61,893 nt of DNA from Burkholderiales bacterium (GTDB lineage Bacteria > Pseudomonadota > Gammaproteobacteria > Burkholderiales > SG8-41). The stretch lies in the NCBI GenBank assembly GCA_044867805.1, contig JBIOVQ010000087.1, forward strand, positions 1 through 61,893, read 5' to 3'. The translations under genes were made by a program, and so were the position numbers. Shown here piece by piece: positions 43,131-54,466 of the stretch. The notes under the pieces are model-generated. The model worked only from the letters and a program-made list of their open reading frames with translations. It was not told the origin of the DNA and did no database searches. The first letter of the stretch is position 1, and the number at the start of each line of letters is the position of its first letter.

Positions 43131-45898
43131 TAATTGCGCCCGCGTCCGCGGCCTGCCGCGAGGTAGAGCCGAGCGCGCACGGCCGGGTCGTCGGCGTTCA
43201 GGGCGAAATGGTCGCGCATGGCCCTGAGGCGCCGCGCCCGCTCCCGGGCGATCGTGGCGCGCAGGGCATCGTACTCCGGTTCCGGAGGCTCCGTGCCCTC
43301 GCGCGCGCCGCGCCATCGTGCCCAGCGCGCACGCCACGCATCGGGGAGCGCCACCTTGCGCGCCGCCACCTCGGCCACCAGCAGCAGCAGGGCCGCCAGG
43401 AAAAACGGCCACCAGATCCGCAGGTGCGGACCCGGCGCTCGCGGTGAGGGCGCGGTCACGGCATCCAGGCCGGCGCTCGAAAGCGGCAGCAGGCGTCCGC
43501 CGGTGATGCCGGTGACGTCTCGCAGCAGTTCCCTATCCACGCCCAGGTCCAGGTATTCCGGGGAATACGGCACGGCCAGCCCGAAGGTTGCGGGTCCCAC
43601 CTGCACCGGGCCGTCACGCCCGCTCAAGGTGATGTAGTAGCGCCCGGCGCGAGGCACCGGAAACTCGCCCCGGTAGCGCCCCGGCGCGGTCTGCTCGAGC
43701 CGCACGCGGCGCGCGCGCCGCGATGGGTCCACCACCGAGGCCTCCAGCTCCAGGCCGTTGACGAACCGATCGTCCCGGTCCAGCACGTCCACGTCCATCT
43801 CGCCGCGCTGTCCGTGCCATCGGAACCGCGGCAGGAAGGACTCGCTCCCCGCCCGGCGCATGGTCCAGCGGGCCATCTGCGCGACGAAGCGCCCGAATTC
43901 CGGCCACTCGACCCAGCGCCGGCCCCAGCGTCCGGAGAGGTCGGAGGTGAACGCCACGGCCTTGCCCAGGCCGTAGCGCCACGACACCAGCACCGGGTCC
44001 TCATCGCGCCCGGTGAGCAGCACCTGGGCGGCGGGCTTGGCGTAGGTGCGCTGGTAGCCGCCGAGGACCGGAAACGCATCCGCGGCGAAGCCCGCGGTCG
44101 GCTCGCCCGCATGGCCCCTGCGCGGGCGGATCTCCCCTTCCACCACCAGGTTGCGCGCGACCGCCAGGGTCTCGCTCACGAAGATGCGCGGCACGTTGCG
44201 CGGATCGTCAGTGTGGTAGTGGCGGCCCTTGCCGACAGCGGCGAGGCTCGCCATCAGCTCGCGGTCGGAGTCCGCGCCGAGGGCGACGGTGGAGACCGTG
44301 ATGCCGTCGGCGGCGATGCGGGCGACCAGGGGATCGAAGTTCTGCTCGCCGTCGGCGAGACCGTCGGAGAGCACGATCAGGTGCTTCACCTTCGCCCGCT
44401 CGCGGCGCATGACGCGGTGCGCCTCTTCGAGCGCAAGGTAGAGATCGGTGCCGCCGCCGGCTTCGAGCCCGCGCAGCTGCTCCGCGACAGGCAGGCGCAC
44501 GCCCACCTCGGTGGGAGGGACCACCCACTGCCAGCCGCTGTCGAAGGCAAGGACGCCTACGCGATCGAGCCGGTTCAGCAGGTCCACGGATGACACCGTG
44601 GCTCTCTTCGCGATGGCGAGCTTCTCCTCGCCGTGTGCCTTGGTGGCCATGCTGCCGGAGCGGTCGAGCACGTAGAACACCGACAGGCTCGGGATCTGGA
44701 CCTCGGTCCTTACGCTCATCGTGACCGGCAGGAGACGCTCCACCGGTGTGCCGTAGTAGCCGCCGGCGCCATAGCTCCGGTCGCCGCCGATCTTCAGCAC
44801 GCCGCCTCCCGCATCGCGCACGTAGGACTCGAGCAGCTCCATCTTGGCGAGGGACAGATCGAAGGCGGAGACGTTGTCCAGGATCACCAGGTCGTAGTCG
44901 ACCAGCCCGTGCAGGTTGGCCGGGAGCGCGCTCGCCGGCACCTCGTGCACCGCGAGCCCCTGCGCCCTCAACGCAGCGGTCACGTGACGGCCGGCCTCGG
45001 GGCCGCCCACCGCGTGCAGCACCTTCGGCTTGCCTTCGACCCGCGCGAAAGCCTGGTAACGGTTGTTCGCCCGCTCGCTGTCCGCGTCGCTGTTGACGAT
45101 GACCTCGTATTCCAGCAATCCCGGCGCGTCCGCCTGCTCCACGATCGAGTAGACGTTGACGCCCGGCGCGAGCTCGATCCCGGATTCGGTGAGCAGCGCC
45201 CCGTTGCGCATGACGACGAGGTGGGCGCGGGCGGGCTCCGTGCTGTGCACCACCGCCTGGACGTTGTAGGGCTCGTGCAGGCGCACCCGGGACGGGAGCG
45301 TCATGCCCTGCACGTGGATTTCCTTCCGCGGCGCGGCGCTCTCGAGCGCGACGGCGTGGATCTCCACCCCGAGGGAACGCGCCACCGCGGCCGCCGAGCG
45401 CGCGTCGCCCAGGTTCTCGCGGCCGTCCGTCAGCAGCACGATGCGCCGGCGCGCCGCGTCCCGAAACGCGCCGACGGCCACCTCGATGGCGCGGCCGATA
45501 TCGGTACCCGCGCCCTCCACCCGGGCCGCGATCTCGCGCACCGGGTCGCCGCCGCTCCGCACCACGGATTCCACGGCGGCATCGGCGCCGAACACCACCA
45601 GCCCGATCCGCGCGGGGGATTCCCTGGCGCGATTGACGAAGTCCAGCGCCTCGGCGGCGGCCTCCCTGCCGACGCTGCTGGAAAGATCGAGCGCGAACAC
45701 CACGTCGGTATGCTGCGAACGGGAGCCCGCGAGCGGCCCGGCGAGCGCGACCGCGAGCGCGGCGAGGGCCAGCGCCCGCAGCGCCGCGGCGGTAACGAGC
45801 CTGAAGTGCGCGCGCGGCGCGCGCCAGACGGAAGCTGCGACGAGCAGCGCCGCCGCCGCGGCGAGCAGCAGCCATGCAGGGTACGCGAACTCAGGCAT
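43130..45898 (-). CDS. membrane protein: VWA - GATase1-like (DUF1355-type) - VWA
   Basis: N-terminal TM helices. VVFALDLSSS...LLTDGREN is VWA 1. DLVILDNVSAF...GGGVLKIGGDRSYGAGGYYGTPVERLLPV is a class-I glutamine-amidotransferase-like domain. FYVLDRSGSM...GGGTDLY...LSDG is VWA 2. A C-terminal TM follows. Confidence 0.85.
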   Translation of the reverse strand: MPEFAYPAWLLLAAAAALLVAASVWRAPRAHFRLVTAAALRALALAALAVALAGPLAGSRSQHTDVVFALDLSSSVGREAAAEALDFVNRARESPARIGLVVFGADAAVESVVRSGGDPVREIAARVEGAGTDIGRAIEVAVGAFRDAARRRIVLLTDGRENLGDARSAAAVARSLGVEIHAVALESAAPRKEIHVQGMTLPSRVRLHEPYNVQAVVHSTEPARAHLVVMRNGALLTESGIELAPGVNVYSIVEQADAPGLLEYEVIVNSDADSERANNRYQAFARVEGKPKVLHAVGGPEAGRHVTAALRAQGLAVHEVPASALPANLHGLVDYDLVILDNVSAFDLSLAKMELLESYVRDAGGGVLKIGGDRSYGAGGYYGTPVERLLPVTMSVRTEVQIPSLSVFYVLDRSGSMATKAHGEEKLAIAKRATVSSVDLLNRLDRVGVLAFDSGWQWVVPPTEVGVRLPVAEQLRGLEAGGGTDLYLALEEAHRVMRRERAKVKHLIVLSDGLADGEQNFDPLVARIAADGITVSTVALGADSDRELMASLAAVGKGRHYHTDDPRNVPRIFVSETLAVARNLVVEGEIRPRRGHAGEPTAGFAADAFPVLGGYQRTYAKPAAQVLLTGRDEDPVLVSWRYGLGKAVAFTSDLSGRWGRRWVEWPEFGRFVAQMARWTMRRAGSESFLPRFRWHGQRGEMDVDVLDRDDRFVNGLELEASVVDPSRRARRVRLEQTAPGRYRGEFPVPRAGRYYITLSGRDGPVQVGPATFGLAVPYSPEYLDLGVDRELLRDVTGITGGRLLPLSSAGLDAVTAPSPRAPGPHLRIWWPFFLAALLLLVAEVAARKVALPDAWRARWARWRGAREGTEPPEPEYDALRATIARERARRLRAMRDHFALNADDPAVRARLYLAAGRGRGRN

Positions 45899-47750
45899 TC
45901 CCTCGCCTCCCGGTCCAGACGCACCACTCCAGCGTGAGCAGCGCCAGTGCCAGCGCCAGCAGCCAGGGCCAGAGCGGCGCCAGCGCCTGCGCGCCGGCTC
46001 CCCCGGGCGGCGCTTCCGCGCGCCGCTCGGGTGGCGTCCATCGGTTGCTCACGTCGGATTCCCGCGCGTCGGCGAGCGTCACCGCGAAATAGCGCTCGAT
46101 CTCGCCCACGGTGTATCGATAGATTCCGGCGTCCGCGGTGGCGTCGAACGAAGCCGAGCCGTCCTTCACGGGGAGCGTCGCGCTGCTGCCCGACGGCATG
46201 CGCACGACCACTTGCGTGGCGCCCGCGGGCGCCTGGATCCTGTGAGTCGAGCCGGCCGCCAGGTGGGCGGATACGAAGCCGTCGCCCCGCGGGCGCAGCC
46301 ACGCCATGCTCTGGCTGATGAACAGCGGGAAGGCGGCCTGCAGGGGAAAGTTGGACCGTGCGAGATCGAAGCCGAGATAGACCAGCTTCACGCCGCCGTC
46401 GAGCAGAGCGAGCGCCAGGTCGGTTTCCCGCGACCAGAACAGGCGCTGCAGTCCCGCTACCCGCTCATGGACGGCCACGCGCCGGGCCTCGCCGATTCGA
46501 ACCGCGGTCAGGTCCACGTCGCGCATCAGCGCGCTGGATCCGCGTCCGAGGATGCGCGGCTCTTCCACCCGGCCGGTCGCGGAGAACGGCAGTCCCGGCG
46601 CCACCGTGTTCACGAGCAGGAAGTTGCCCGGCGGCAGCCTCGGCGCCGCCACCCCGTCGAACACCACGACGTCGTGGGCGCGCGCGAGCTGCGCGATGTC
46701 CTGCGCGGGCGCGCCCTCGCGCTTGACGAGATGCACGCCCGGCAACGCCCGCAGCACGCTTTCCAGGTAGAAGTTGCCCCGGGTGAAAAGCAGCACGCGC
46801 AGCGGCGCGTCCACGTTCGCCGCCGCAAAGGCCTGGTTGTCGGCCGCGAGGTCGTCGTCCACCTCGATGCGCCCGACCGCCTGTCCCACGGCGCGGCCGG
46901 TGAACGGAAGCGCCAGGGCTTCCTCGCCGCGCGCCGCCAGCTCGAGGGAACGCCGGAACAGCACGCGGCCGTCCAGGCTCACCGACGCCGGCACCGCGAC
47001 CGGCGCGTCGGTATAGTTGCGCACCGTCATCAGCACCTGGAAACGGTCGTCGCTCGCCGGCTCCTGGCGGAAATCGAAGCGGGTGATGGCCACGTTGCGC
47101 GCGGGCGCCCCCACGACGCGAAACACCACCTGGGGCGAGCCGGGGTCGACGTTGGGCTCGAACGCGCCATCGGTCAGGAAGTAGATCCGGCCCTGCTCGC
47201 GGCTGCGAAGCAAGGACAACGCCAGCGCCAGTGCCTCGCGCGGCCGGCCCGCTTCGTCCCCGGGGCGAAGCTGCGCCAGCGCCCGCCGCAGAACGTCGCG
47301 GTCGGCTTCGAAGCCGGTCTTGAGCAGGGCTCTGCGTCCGCTGGTCATCACCAGCATGCGACCGTCCCGGGGCAGGCCGTCCACGATGGCGGCGGCTTCG
47401 GCAAGCGCCTGGTCGAAACGCGTCGTGCCGGCGCCCGACCGCGTCTTCATGCTGGCGCTCACGTCGATCACGACCACGGTATCGGCACCCTCGCCCGTGC
47501 GGACCAGCCACTGGGGGCCGGCGAGGGCGGCTCCGAGCACGGCCGCGGCTGCGAGAAGCAGCAGCAGGCTCAGGTTCCTGAGCAGGCTGCGCAGCCCCTG
47601 GCCGCCTTCGCGATCCTTGAGCGCCGCCTGCCACAGCGTCGTCGTGGACAGCATCACCCGGCGGCGTCGCGGCTGGAGCAGGTACAGCGTGATGATGAGC
47701 GGGATGGCCAGGAGCGACACCAGCCCCAGGGGGTAGCCGAGCTCGATCAC
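45891..47750 (-). CDS. BatA-like protein (N-terminal double-TM aerotolerance-regulator domain + VWA)
   Basis: GTG 47750 overlaps the DUF58 stop (GTGA). PLGLVSLLAIPLIITLYLLQPRRRRV is the BatA N-terminal motif. VVVIDVSASM...YFLTDG is a VWA MIDAS motif. Confidence 0.85.
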   Translation of the reverse strand: MIELGYPLGLVSLLAIPLIITLYLLQPRRRRVMLSTTTLWQAALKDREGGQGLRSLLRNLSLLLLLAAAAVLGAALAGPQWLVRTGEGADTVVVIDVSASMKTRSGAGTTRFDQALAEAAAIVDGLPRDGRMLVMTSGRRALLKTGFEADRDVLRRALAQLRPGDEAGRPREALALALSLLRSREQGRIYFLTDGAFEPNVDPGSPQVVFRVVGAPARNVAITRFDFRQEPASDDRFQVLMTVRNYTDAPVAVPASVSLDGRVLFRRSLELAARGEEALALPFTGRAVGQAVGRIEVDDDLAADNQAFAAANVDAPLRVLLFTRGNFYLESVLRALPGVHLVKREGAPAQDIAQLARAHDVVVFDGVAAPRLPPGNFLLVNTVAPGLPFSATGRVEEPRILGRGSSALMRDVDLTAVRIGEARRVAVHERVAGLQRLFWSRETDLALALLDGGVKLVYLGFDLARSNFPLQAAFPLFISQSMAWLRPRGDGFVSAHLAAGSTHRIQAPAGATQVVVRMPSGSSATLPVKDGSASFDATADAGIYRYTVGEIERYFAVTLADARESDVSNRWTPPERRAEAPPGGAGAQALAPLWPWLLALALALLTLEWCVWTGRRGNA

Positions 47751-48645
47751 CTCAGGTGCGCCCCCTGGCGCAGGTACTTGAGCACCACGTCCTCGAACGC
47801 GATGGCCGTGCTGGCGCGCAGGTACTCGACGCCCCGCCGGCGGCAGTAAGTCTCGATCTCCCGCAGGTGGCGCTCGAGCCCGAGCCGATAGAGCCGGCGC
47901 AGCTCTTCGTCGACGGTCACGTCCAGCTCGTCCCCGGTCTCCCCGTCGACCATGCGCAACGCGCCGTCGAGCGGGGGATCGATCTCCGACTCCGCGAGCA
48001 GCTGGATCACCACGACGTCATGACCTCCGTGGCGCAGCGCCTCGATGCCGTCCTGCGCATCGCCCCCGCCCAGCAGGTCGGAGATCAGGATCACCAGTCC
48101 CGGATTGCGCGTGCGCGTAGCGAAAGCGCGCAAGGCCGGGCCGAAGCGGGTCACCCCGGCGCACGGCAACTCGCCGAGAAAGGCGAGCAGGCGCGCCAGG
48201 TGATGGCGCGCCTTGATGGGGGGCAGCGCCGCGCCGAGGTCCCCGGCGAACGCGCTCACTCCGACACGGTCGAGGTTGTGGAGCGCGATATGGGCGAGCG
48301 CCGCCGCCAGCTTGCGCGCGTGGTCGAACTTCGACGGCGCGCCGAACCCCATGCTGGCGCTCGCGTCCACGACGAGATGGAGCGTCACGTCTTCCTCGGA
48401 TGCGTGCAGCTTGAGAAAGAGCTGATCGAGCCGCGAGTAGATGTTCCAGTCGATGTGCCGGAAGTCGTCGCCCGGCCGGTAGTGCCTGAAGTCGGAGAAC
48501 TCGAGCCCGCCCCCGCGGCGCGAGGTGGCGTGCTCGCCGCGCAGCAGGCCGCGGAAGATCTTCCGCGCCAGCAGCTCGAGCTGCTCGAGCTTGCGCAGGA
48601 ACGCGTCGTCGAAGACGAGAGCGGGGCCGGCGGCGGATGCGAGGC

Positions 48646-48649
<4 letters not shown>
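47747..48649 (-). CDS. DUF58 domain protein (probable non-canonical CTG start or coupled reinitiation)
   Basis: The frame upstream of the listed GTG 48388 encodes LEFSDFRHYRPGDDFRHIDWNIYSRLDQLFLKL, the conserved DUF58 core. It is open back to the MoxR stop, and the only start-like codon is CTG 48649-48647. Confidence 0.75.
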
Positions 48650-49643
<994 letters not shown>

Positions 49644-49647
<4 letters not shown>

Positions 49648-51239
49648 GGCGCTCCTCGCGTGCCGGGAGGCTGCTCCCGCGCGTCGGTCGCGCCCCGGCT
49701 CAGCGCCAGGAAATACCTGCGGATGAATTCCTTGTAGTGAGCCGGGTAGTGCTCTCTCGAAAGCACCTCCTCCACCTGTGACGCAAATTCCCTCTTCAAC
49801 TCGATGTTCTCCACGCTCGGCCGGGCCAGCCCCGGCAGCACCCGCGCCTGCGACGTGTACACCTCGCCCTCACGCGCCTGGCTCTCCGGCTTCAGGAGAG
49901 GCCCGGATGACCCGGATTCCGGGGAAAACGGCGAGGGCCGCCGGTCGGCTCCGCTGCTGGAATCCCGCTGCGAGGAGCGCGCAGCCTCGTGACCCGTCTC
50001 GCCGTCCAGCCGCCTGTCCATGCCCGCGTTCGCGGTGCTCCCGGCGCCACGGTTTTCTTCCTCGTCCCAGTCGATCACGGCGCCCGCGTCGCGTTCACCG
50101 CCGGTCCCGGCGGCCGACTCGCCCAGATTCTCCCGGGCCCGGCGCACCTGCCGGCGCGCCCCTTGCAGTTCCTTCTGCTCCATGCGCGAGAGGTCCACCT
50201 GCGCCAGCCTTTCCAGTATCTCCCTCAGTGCGTCATCGGCGCCCGCCTTGTGGCGCTCCAGCGCTTTCTCCAGGTCCCGGCGCGGGATGCCCGCGCGCTC
50301 GAGGTCGGCGAGGCGCCCGTCCAGCGCGCGGGTGTCGGCGCTGTCGAGCGGCCCGCGCTGCATGCGCTCGAGCATCTCCCGCGCGTCCAGGCCCGGGGCG
50401 GCGCGCGAGGATTCGCCGCCTTCCACGCGCGGCTCGCCGGGGCTCGCGCGGCGCGCATCCGCCCGCGCCTGCTTCCGCTCCTCGTCCAGGGCGGCGGCCA
50501 GCCCGCGCAGCTGCCCCAGGGCCTCGCCGCGGGACAGCGCGCCGCTTTCCATGCGCGCCCCGAGGCGCTCGAGTTCCCCGGCCTGCTTCTCGCTGCGCGG
50601 CAGCTCGTCGCGTCTCGCCCGCGCCTGCATCTCGCGTCCGAACGCGCCCAGCCGCCGGCCCTCGCTCACGACCTGCTCGTCCACCCCCTGCGGCGCCACA
50701 GCCTGCATGCGCTCGAGATCGACCACGCTCGCGAGCAGCAGCGCCGCCGCCGCGAGCGGGGCCAACCGCCCCCAGCGGTTCACCCGCAAGGGAAACACCC
50801 TGGCGGGGCGGGGCCCAAGCCCCGCCTTGACCGCCTGCACGGCGAGCCGCTCGGCAAGCGGGCCGTCGCCGTCAACGGTCATGAACTCCCACGCGGTGCT
50901 CAGGCGCTGCTTCAGATTGAGCCTGAGATCGGCGCCGATGGCGACCTCGAGGGCATGGGGACGCCGCCGCCAGCCGATCAGCAACGCAACGACCAGCGCG
51001 ACGATTGCCGCCGCGCCGGCAAGCTGCCATGGCGCGTAGGGCAAGGCCAGCAGCCGGGACGCCAGCACCGCGACCGTGGCCAGACAGAGTCCCGCCAGCA
51101 AGCCGCCGAACCCGTGATCCACGAGCACCTGCAGCCGTCGTGCGCGAGTGAGCTCGGCCACCGTCCTGCGCACGCGCTCCCGGGCGGGCCCGGCGTCGTG
51201 CGCAATCCAGAGACTGCTCGCGCTCGCTGCCTGGCTCAT
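49644..51239 (-). CDS. membrane-anchored low-complexity/coiled-coil protein, hypothetical
   Basis: Start and stop both overlap neighbours as ATGA. Three N-terminal TM helices are followed by an Arg/Glu/Ala-rich helical region. No family recognised. Confidence 0.65.
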
Positions 51240-52018
51240 GACGCGACAGCCTCACCGGCGCCGGCGCGGGGATCTGCCGTGCCGCGCCGCTCGCGCGCGA
51301 GCAGGCGATGCAGCACAGCTGCCGCCAGCGCGCCAAGTCCCGCATACGCCGCCAGGAAAACCATGTGGTCCGCCGCGGATGCCGGTTGGGCAGCCATGCT
51401 CTCACCGAGCGCGCGGGTTGTGAACGCCAGGTGGCTGATCGAGGGCGCGAACCAGCCGACGGGAACGTAGAACAGCAGCAATACCGCACGCACGGCGAAG
51501 TAGCTCTCGGGGCGATGCTGCCCGATCGTAAGGTGCGTGATCGCGCCGCACAGCCTGTAGAACAGGGCCTGGACCAGCGCCGCGGCCAGGCACCATGCGA
51601 GGGGGGTCCACTCGCCCCCGGACACCGTGAACGCCATCAGCAACAGGGGCGAGGACAGTGCCAGCAGGTGCAGGCTGTGAAGGAGCTGTCCCAGCAGGTA
51701 GCCGCGGAGGATCCGGCCGAGGCGCAGGTGAGTCGCCAGCGCCCAGTCACGCAGTCCGTGCTGGCCGGGCAGCAGGACTTCCTCGGCGCCGGCTCGCAGC
51801 GCGAAATACGCCATGGTGACGCCCGCGGCCATCACCACCGCTTCGAGGGTGTGCGGCCCGTGCTGGTCCTCCAGCAGCTGCGCCACCTCGCTCTTGGGCC
51901 ACCACAGGAACAGCACCACCGCCTGCACCAGCAGCAAGCCGAGACCGGCGAGATGGGCCTGGCCTGGCCGGGTAAGCCCGATCAGAGCTTCGGTGACCAG
52001 CGGATTGCTTCGCATCAT
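51236..52018 (-). CDS. polytopic membrane protein, hypothetical
   Basis: ATG 52018 (MMRSNPLVTEAL) lies 5 nt after the upstream stop. About 6 TM segments. The listed start at 52291 overlaps the upstream gene. Confidence 0.6.
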   Translation of the reverse strand: MMRSNPLVTEALIGLTRPGQAHLAGLGLLLVQAVVLFLWWPKSEVAQLLEDQHGPHTLEAVVMAAGVTMAYFALRAGAEEVLLPGQHGLRDWALATHLRLGRILRGYLLGQLLHSLHLLALSSPLLLMAFTVSGGEWTPLAWCLAAALVQALFYRLCGAITHLTIGQHRPESYFAVRAVLLLFYVPVGWFAPSISHLAFTTRALGESMAAQPASAADHMVFLAAYAGLGALAAAVLHRLLARERRGTADPRAGAGEAVAS

Positions 52019-52023
52019 CCGTC

Positions 52024-54042
52024 CTATTGTGCGGCGGCGCCCACCGTGGCAGGAGCGCCGCCCGGTATCGCCGCAACCCGGAACGCGACCAGCGCCCGCT
52101 CCCGGCGCGGCCAGTCCGCGCTGGCGCCCGCGGGCCGAAGCGGGTTTGCCGTATAGCCTACCAGCAGTGCATGGCCCAGGCCGGGATATCCGCGTTCGCC
52201 CATTTCCCGCGACCTGCGCTCGAGCACGATCCGGGCCGGCGACCGCAGTTGCGCCGGAACGCCGGGGGGCGGCCTGAGCACGCGCCACCATGCCTCGCCC
52301 ACCTCGACCCCGTGCGTGCCTCGGGCGAGCCTGCGTTCGATCCGTGCCCCGGCTGCAATGACCCCGAGCTCATAGGCGTGGCCCCCGAACACCAGCCACA
52401 GGTCTTCCAGGGCGCGCCCGCTGGCGTTGTCCAGGACGAGCCGCGGACCCCTCGGCTCGTCGTGCACCGCGGCTTCGAGGTGAAACGCTATCACGTCCTC
52501 CCCTTCCAGCGCGTGCAGCACGTAGCGTCGCCGGTCCCGCGGCTCGACGAAGCGTCGCGAGCCCTCGCCGAACACCCAGTGCTCCGCGTTGCCCTCCCGC
52601 CGCGCCCGGCGGGCCGGATACAGCACCGGCTCGACGCCGCGGTACTCCAGGCGCAGCGTGCCGATTCGACTGGCGTACACGCCCAGATCCAGCCCGAGCC
52701 GCGCGTAGATGCTGTCCGGAAACGGCTCGATCACCGCTACCGTCACCGCGGTGGCGCCGCGGGGAAATGCGGCCGGCCCGAACAGCAGCCACGCCGCGGG
52801 CGCGAACAGCACCGGCGCGGCCCAGCTCCAAAGCGGTGCCAGCCAGCGTAGCCGCGGACCGCGCACGGGAAGCTGGTACCCCGCCAGCAGCAGCCCCAGA
52901 TAGAGGGCCAGAAAGAAGAGCACCGTGGAGTACGAAGGAAAACTCCCGGACTCCGCGCTGATGAGGGACGGGAGCGGACTCTCGAATTTCGTTTCCGCTA
53001 CCGCAAGGGAGGCCGGTGGCGGCAGCCTCAGGCTGTCCAGCCACAGCGCGCGCATGCCGTCCCAGCGGTCGAAGGGAAAGCCCGCCACGTCGAAGGTCAG
53101 GTACAGAACGCGGCCGAGCCCGAGGACACGCTCCGCGATGAGCGCCGCCTCACCCGCGCGCAGCAGCACGCGCCCGCGGAAGTCGTCGAGCCGATTGATG
53201 TGCACGGGACGGGAGACATCGAGGGAGGCGGGGAACGCGCGCCGGAGCGCGCCGGGATCCAGGCGCGTCATACCCAGGGGCAGGCCGGGCAGGAGCGCGG
53301 CGAGGCGCGGGCTGCGCAGCAGCGCGTAATCCGGCCCGCCGGACACGGCGAGTATCCCGCCCTGGGCAATCCACTTTTGCAGTGCTTCGAACTGGCTTGC
53401 GCTGAGCGGCTCCAGGGACACTCCATGCACGACGATGGCCGCCACCGCGTCGTATCCGCGCCAGTGCACGGGCAGCGACTCGGGGTGCGGGTAGAGCACC
53501 CGCAGGCCGTCGGCGCCGTCGTCGTTGAGGTAATCCAGGTCTGCATCGCGGCTCAACACCAGGACCAGGCGCTGGGCGGCGAAGCGTGTGCGCAGATCGA
53601 CCTCTGTTCGCGCCAGCTCCCGCCCGCCGGCGTGCACGCGTATCACCAGCGGATGGGACAGATGCTGCGGAAGCACGGTGAACTGGAAGGTCTTGCGTGT
53701 ATCCCGGTGGAGCTCCAGCTCGCGCCGATAGGTGGTGACGAACAGCCGGCCGCGCAGCCCGTCACCACCGGTGACCTGCACCTCCAGCTCCCCGGTGAGG
53801 TCGCCGCCGTGATTGGTCACGGTGACGGCGAGAGGGGTCCAGCGCCCGGGTTGGAAGGTGTCGGTGAACCCCACTACCGCGGCGATGTCCACGGCGCCGG
53901 CGGCCGGCACCGGCGGCGGTATGCATAGCAGCGCGAGCAGCAAGAGAACTTCCGCCGGACGTCGCGGCCGCGAACGCACGCCGCGTGACGGGTGCCGCGG
54001 AGAATGCTGGTGCGCAATGGCGATGTCGCGCCTTGCAGCCAT
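52024..54042 (-). CDS. large membrane protein, hypothetical (first gene of the MoxR operon)
   Basis: 672 aa with an N-terminal signal/TM, a large extracytoplasmic region, central TM helices (LFFLALYLGLLLAGY, WAAPVLFAPAAWLLF) and a C-terminal domain. No family recognised. Confidence 0.65.
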   Translation of the reverse strand: MAARRDIAIAHQHSPRHPSRGVRSRPRRPAEVLLLLALLCIPPPVPAAGAVDIAAVVGFTDTFQPGRWTPLAVTVTNHGGDLTGELEVQVTGGDGLRGRLFVTTYRRELELHRDTRKTFQFTVLPQHLSHPLVIRVHAGGRELARTEVDLRTRFAAQRLVLVLSRDADLDYLNDDGADGLRVLYPHPESLPVHWRGYDAVAAIVVHGVSLEPLSASQFEALQKWIAQGGILAVSGGPDYALLRSPRLAALLPGLPLGMTRLDPGALRRAFPASLDVSRPVHINRLDDFRGRVLLRAGEAALIAERVLGLGRVLYLTFDVAGFPFDRWDGMRALWLDSLRLPPPASLAVAETKFESPLPSLISAESGSFPSYSTVLFFLALYLGLLLAGYQLPVRGPRLRWLAPLWSWAAPVLFAPAAWLLFGPAAFPRGATAVTVAVIEPFPDSIYARLGLDLGVYASRIGTLRLEYRGVEPVLYPARRARREGNAEHWVFGEGSRRFVEPRDRRRYVLHALEGEDVIAFHLEAAVHDEPRGPRLVLDNASGRALEDLWLVFGGHAYELGVIAAGARIERRLARGTHGVEVGEAWWRVLRPPPGVPAQLRSPARIVLERRSREMGERGYPGLGHALLVGYTANPLRPAGASADWPRRERALVAFRVAAIPGGAPATVGAAAQ

Positions 54043-54142
54043 GCCGTATTGTAGTGGCGGGCAGGCGGGGAAAGAGCGCCAACGGAGCTGTCCCGGCGCC
54101 CTCTCCAGCGGCGCGCACCCCGCCGCCGATTCACCCTATACT

Positions 54143-54169
54143 AGAACCTATTTCATATATAGGCGCGTG
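54143..54169. promoter_or_regulatory. left copy of 27-bp AT-rich inverted repeat AGAACCTATTTCATATATAGGCGCGTG
   Basis: 26 of 27 positions match the reverse complement of 54385-54411. It lies 101 bp upstream of the start of the MoxR-operon first gene (54042, minus strand). Confidence 0.6.
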
Positions 54170-54384
54170 ATGCGTTGTGGCCAGGACGGACCGGATGCAA
54201 GGCGCCCGACGAAGGCCATATGTCGATATGGTCAAGGAGGGCAACGTAGCAGCCGACCGTCCTGGCCGCAACCCGAGAGGGACGGGGCGATCTGGGCGCA
54301 TCTCTTTGTCGGGAGCCCTTGCAATATCGACATATTGCTGCGGGCTCTCCTCCTCGACCTGCATCCCACATCGCCTCCGTCGCA

Positions 54385-54411
54385 CACGTGCCTATATATG
54401 AAATAGGTTCT
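54385..54411. promoter_or_regulatory. right copy of 27-bp inverted repeat CACGTGCCTATATATGAAATAGGTTCT
   Basis: Lies 56 bp upstream of ATG 54467. Nested inner inverted repeats occur at 54216-54231 / 54322-54337 and 54179-54189 / 54257-54267. Confidence 0.6.
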
Positions 54412-54466
54412 GAGCCATCCGCTGGACAACCCTGTCTCGTTGAGCATAGCCGCACGGAGGCGAATC

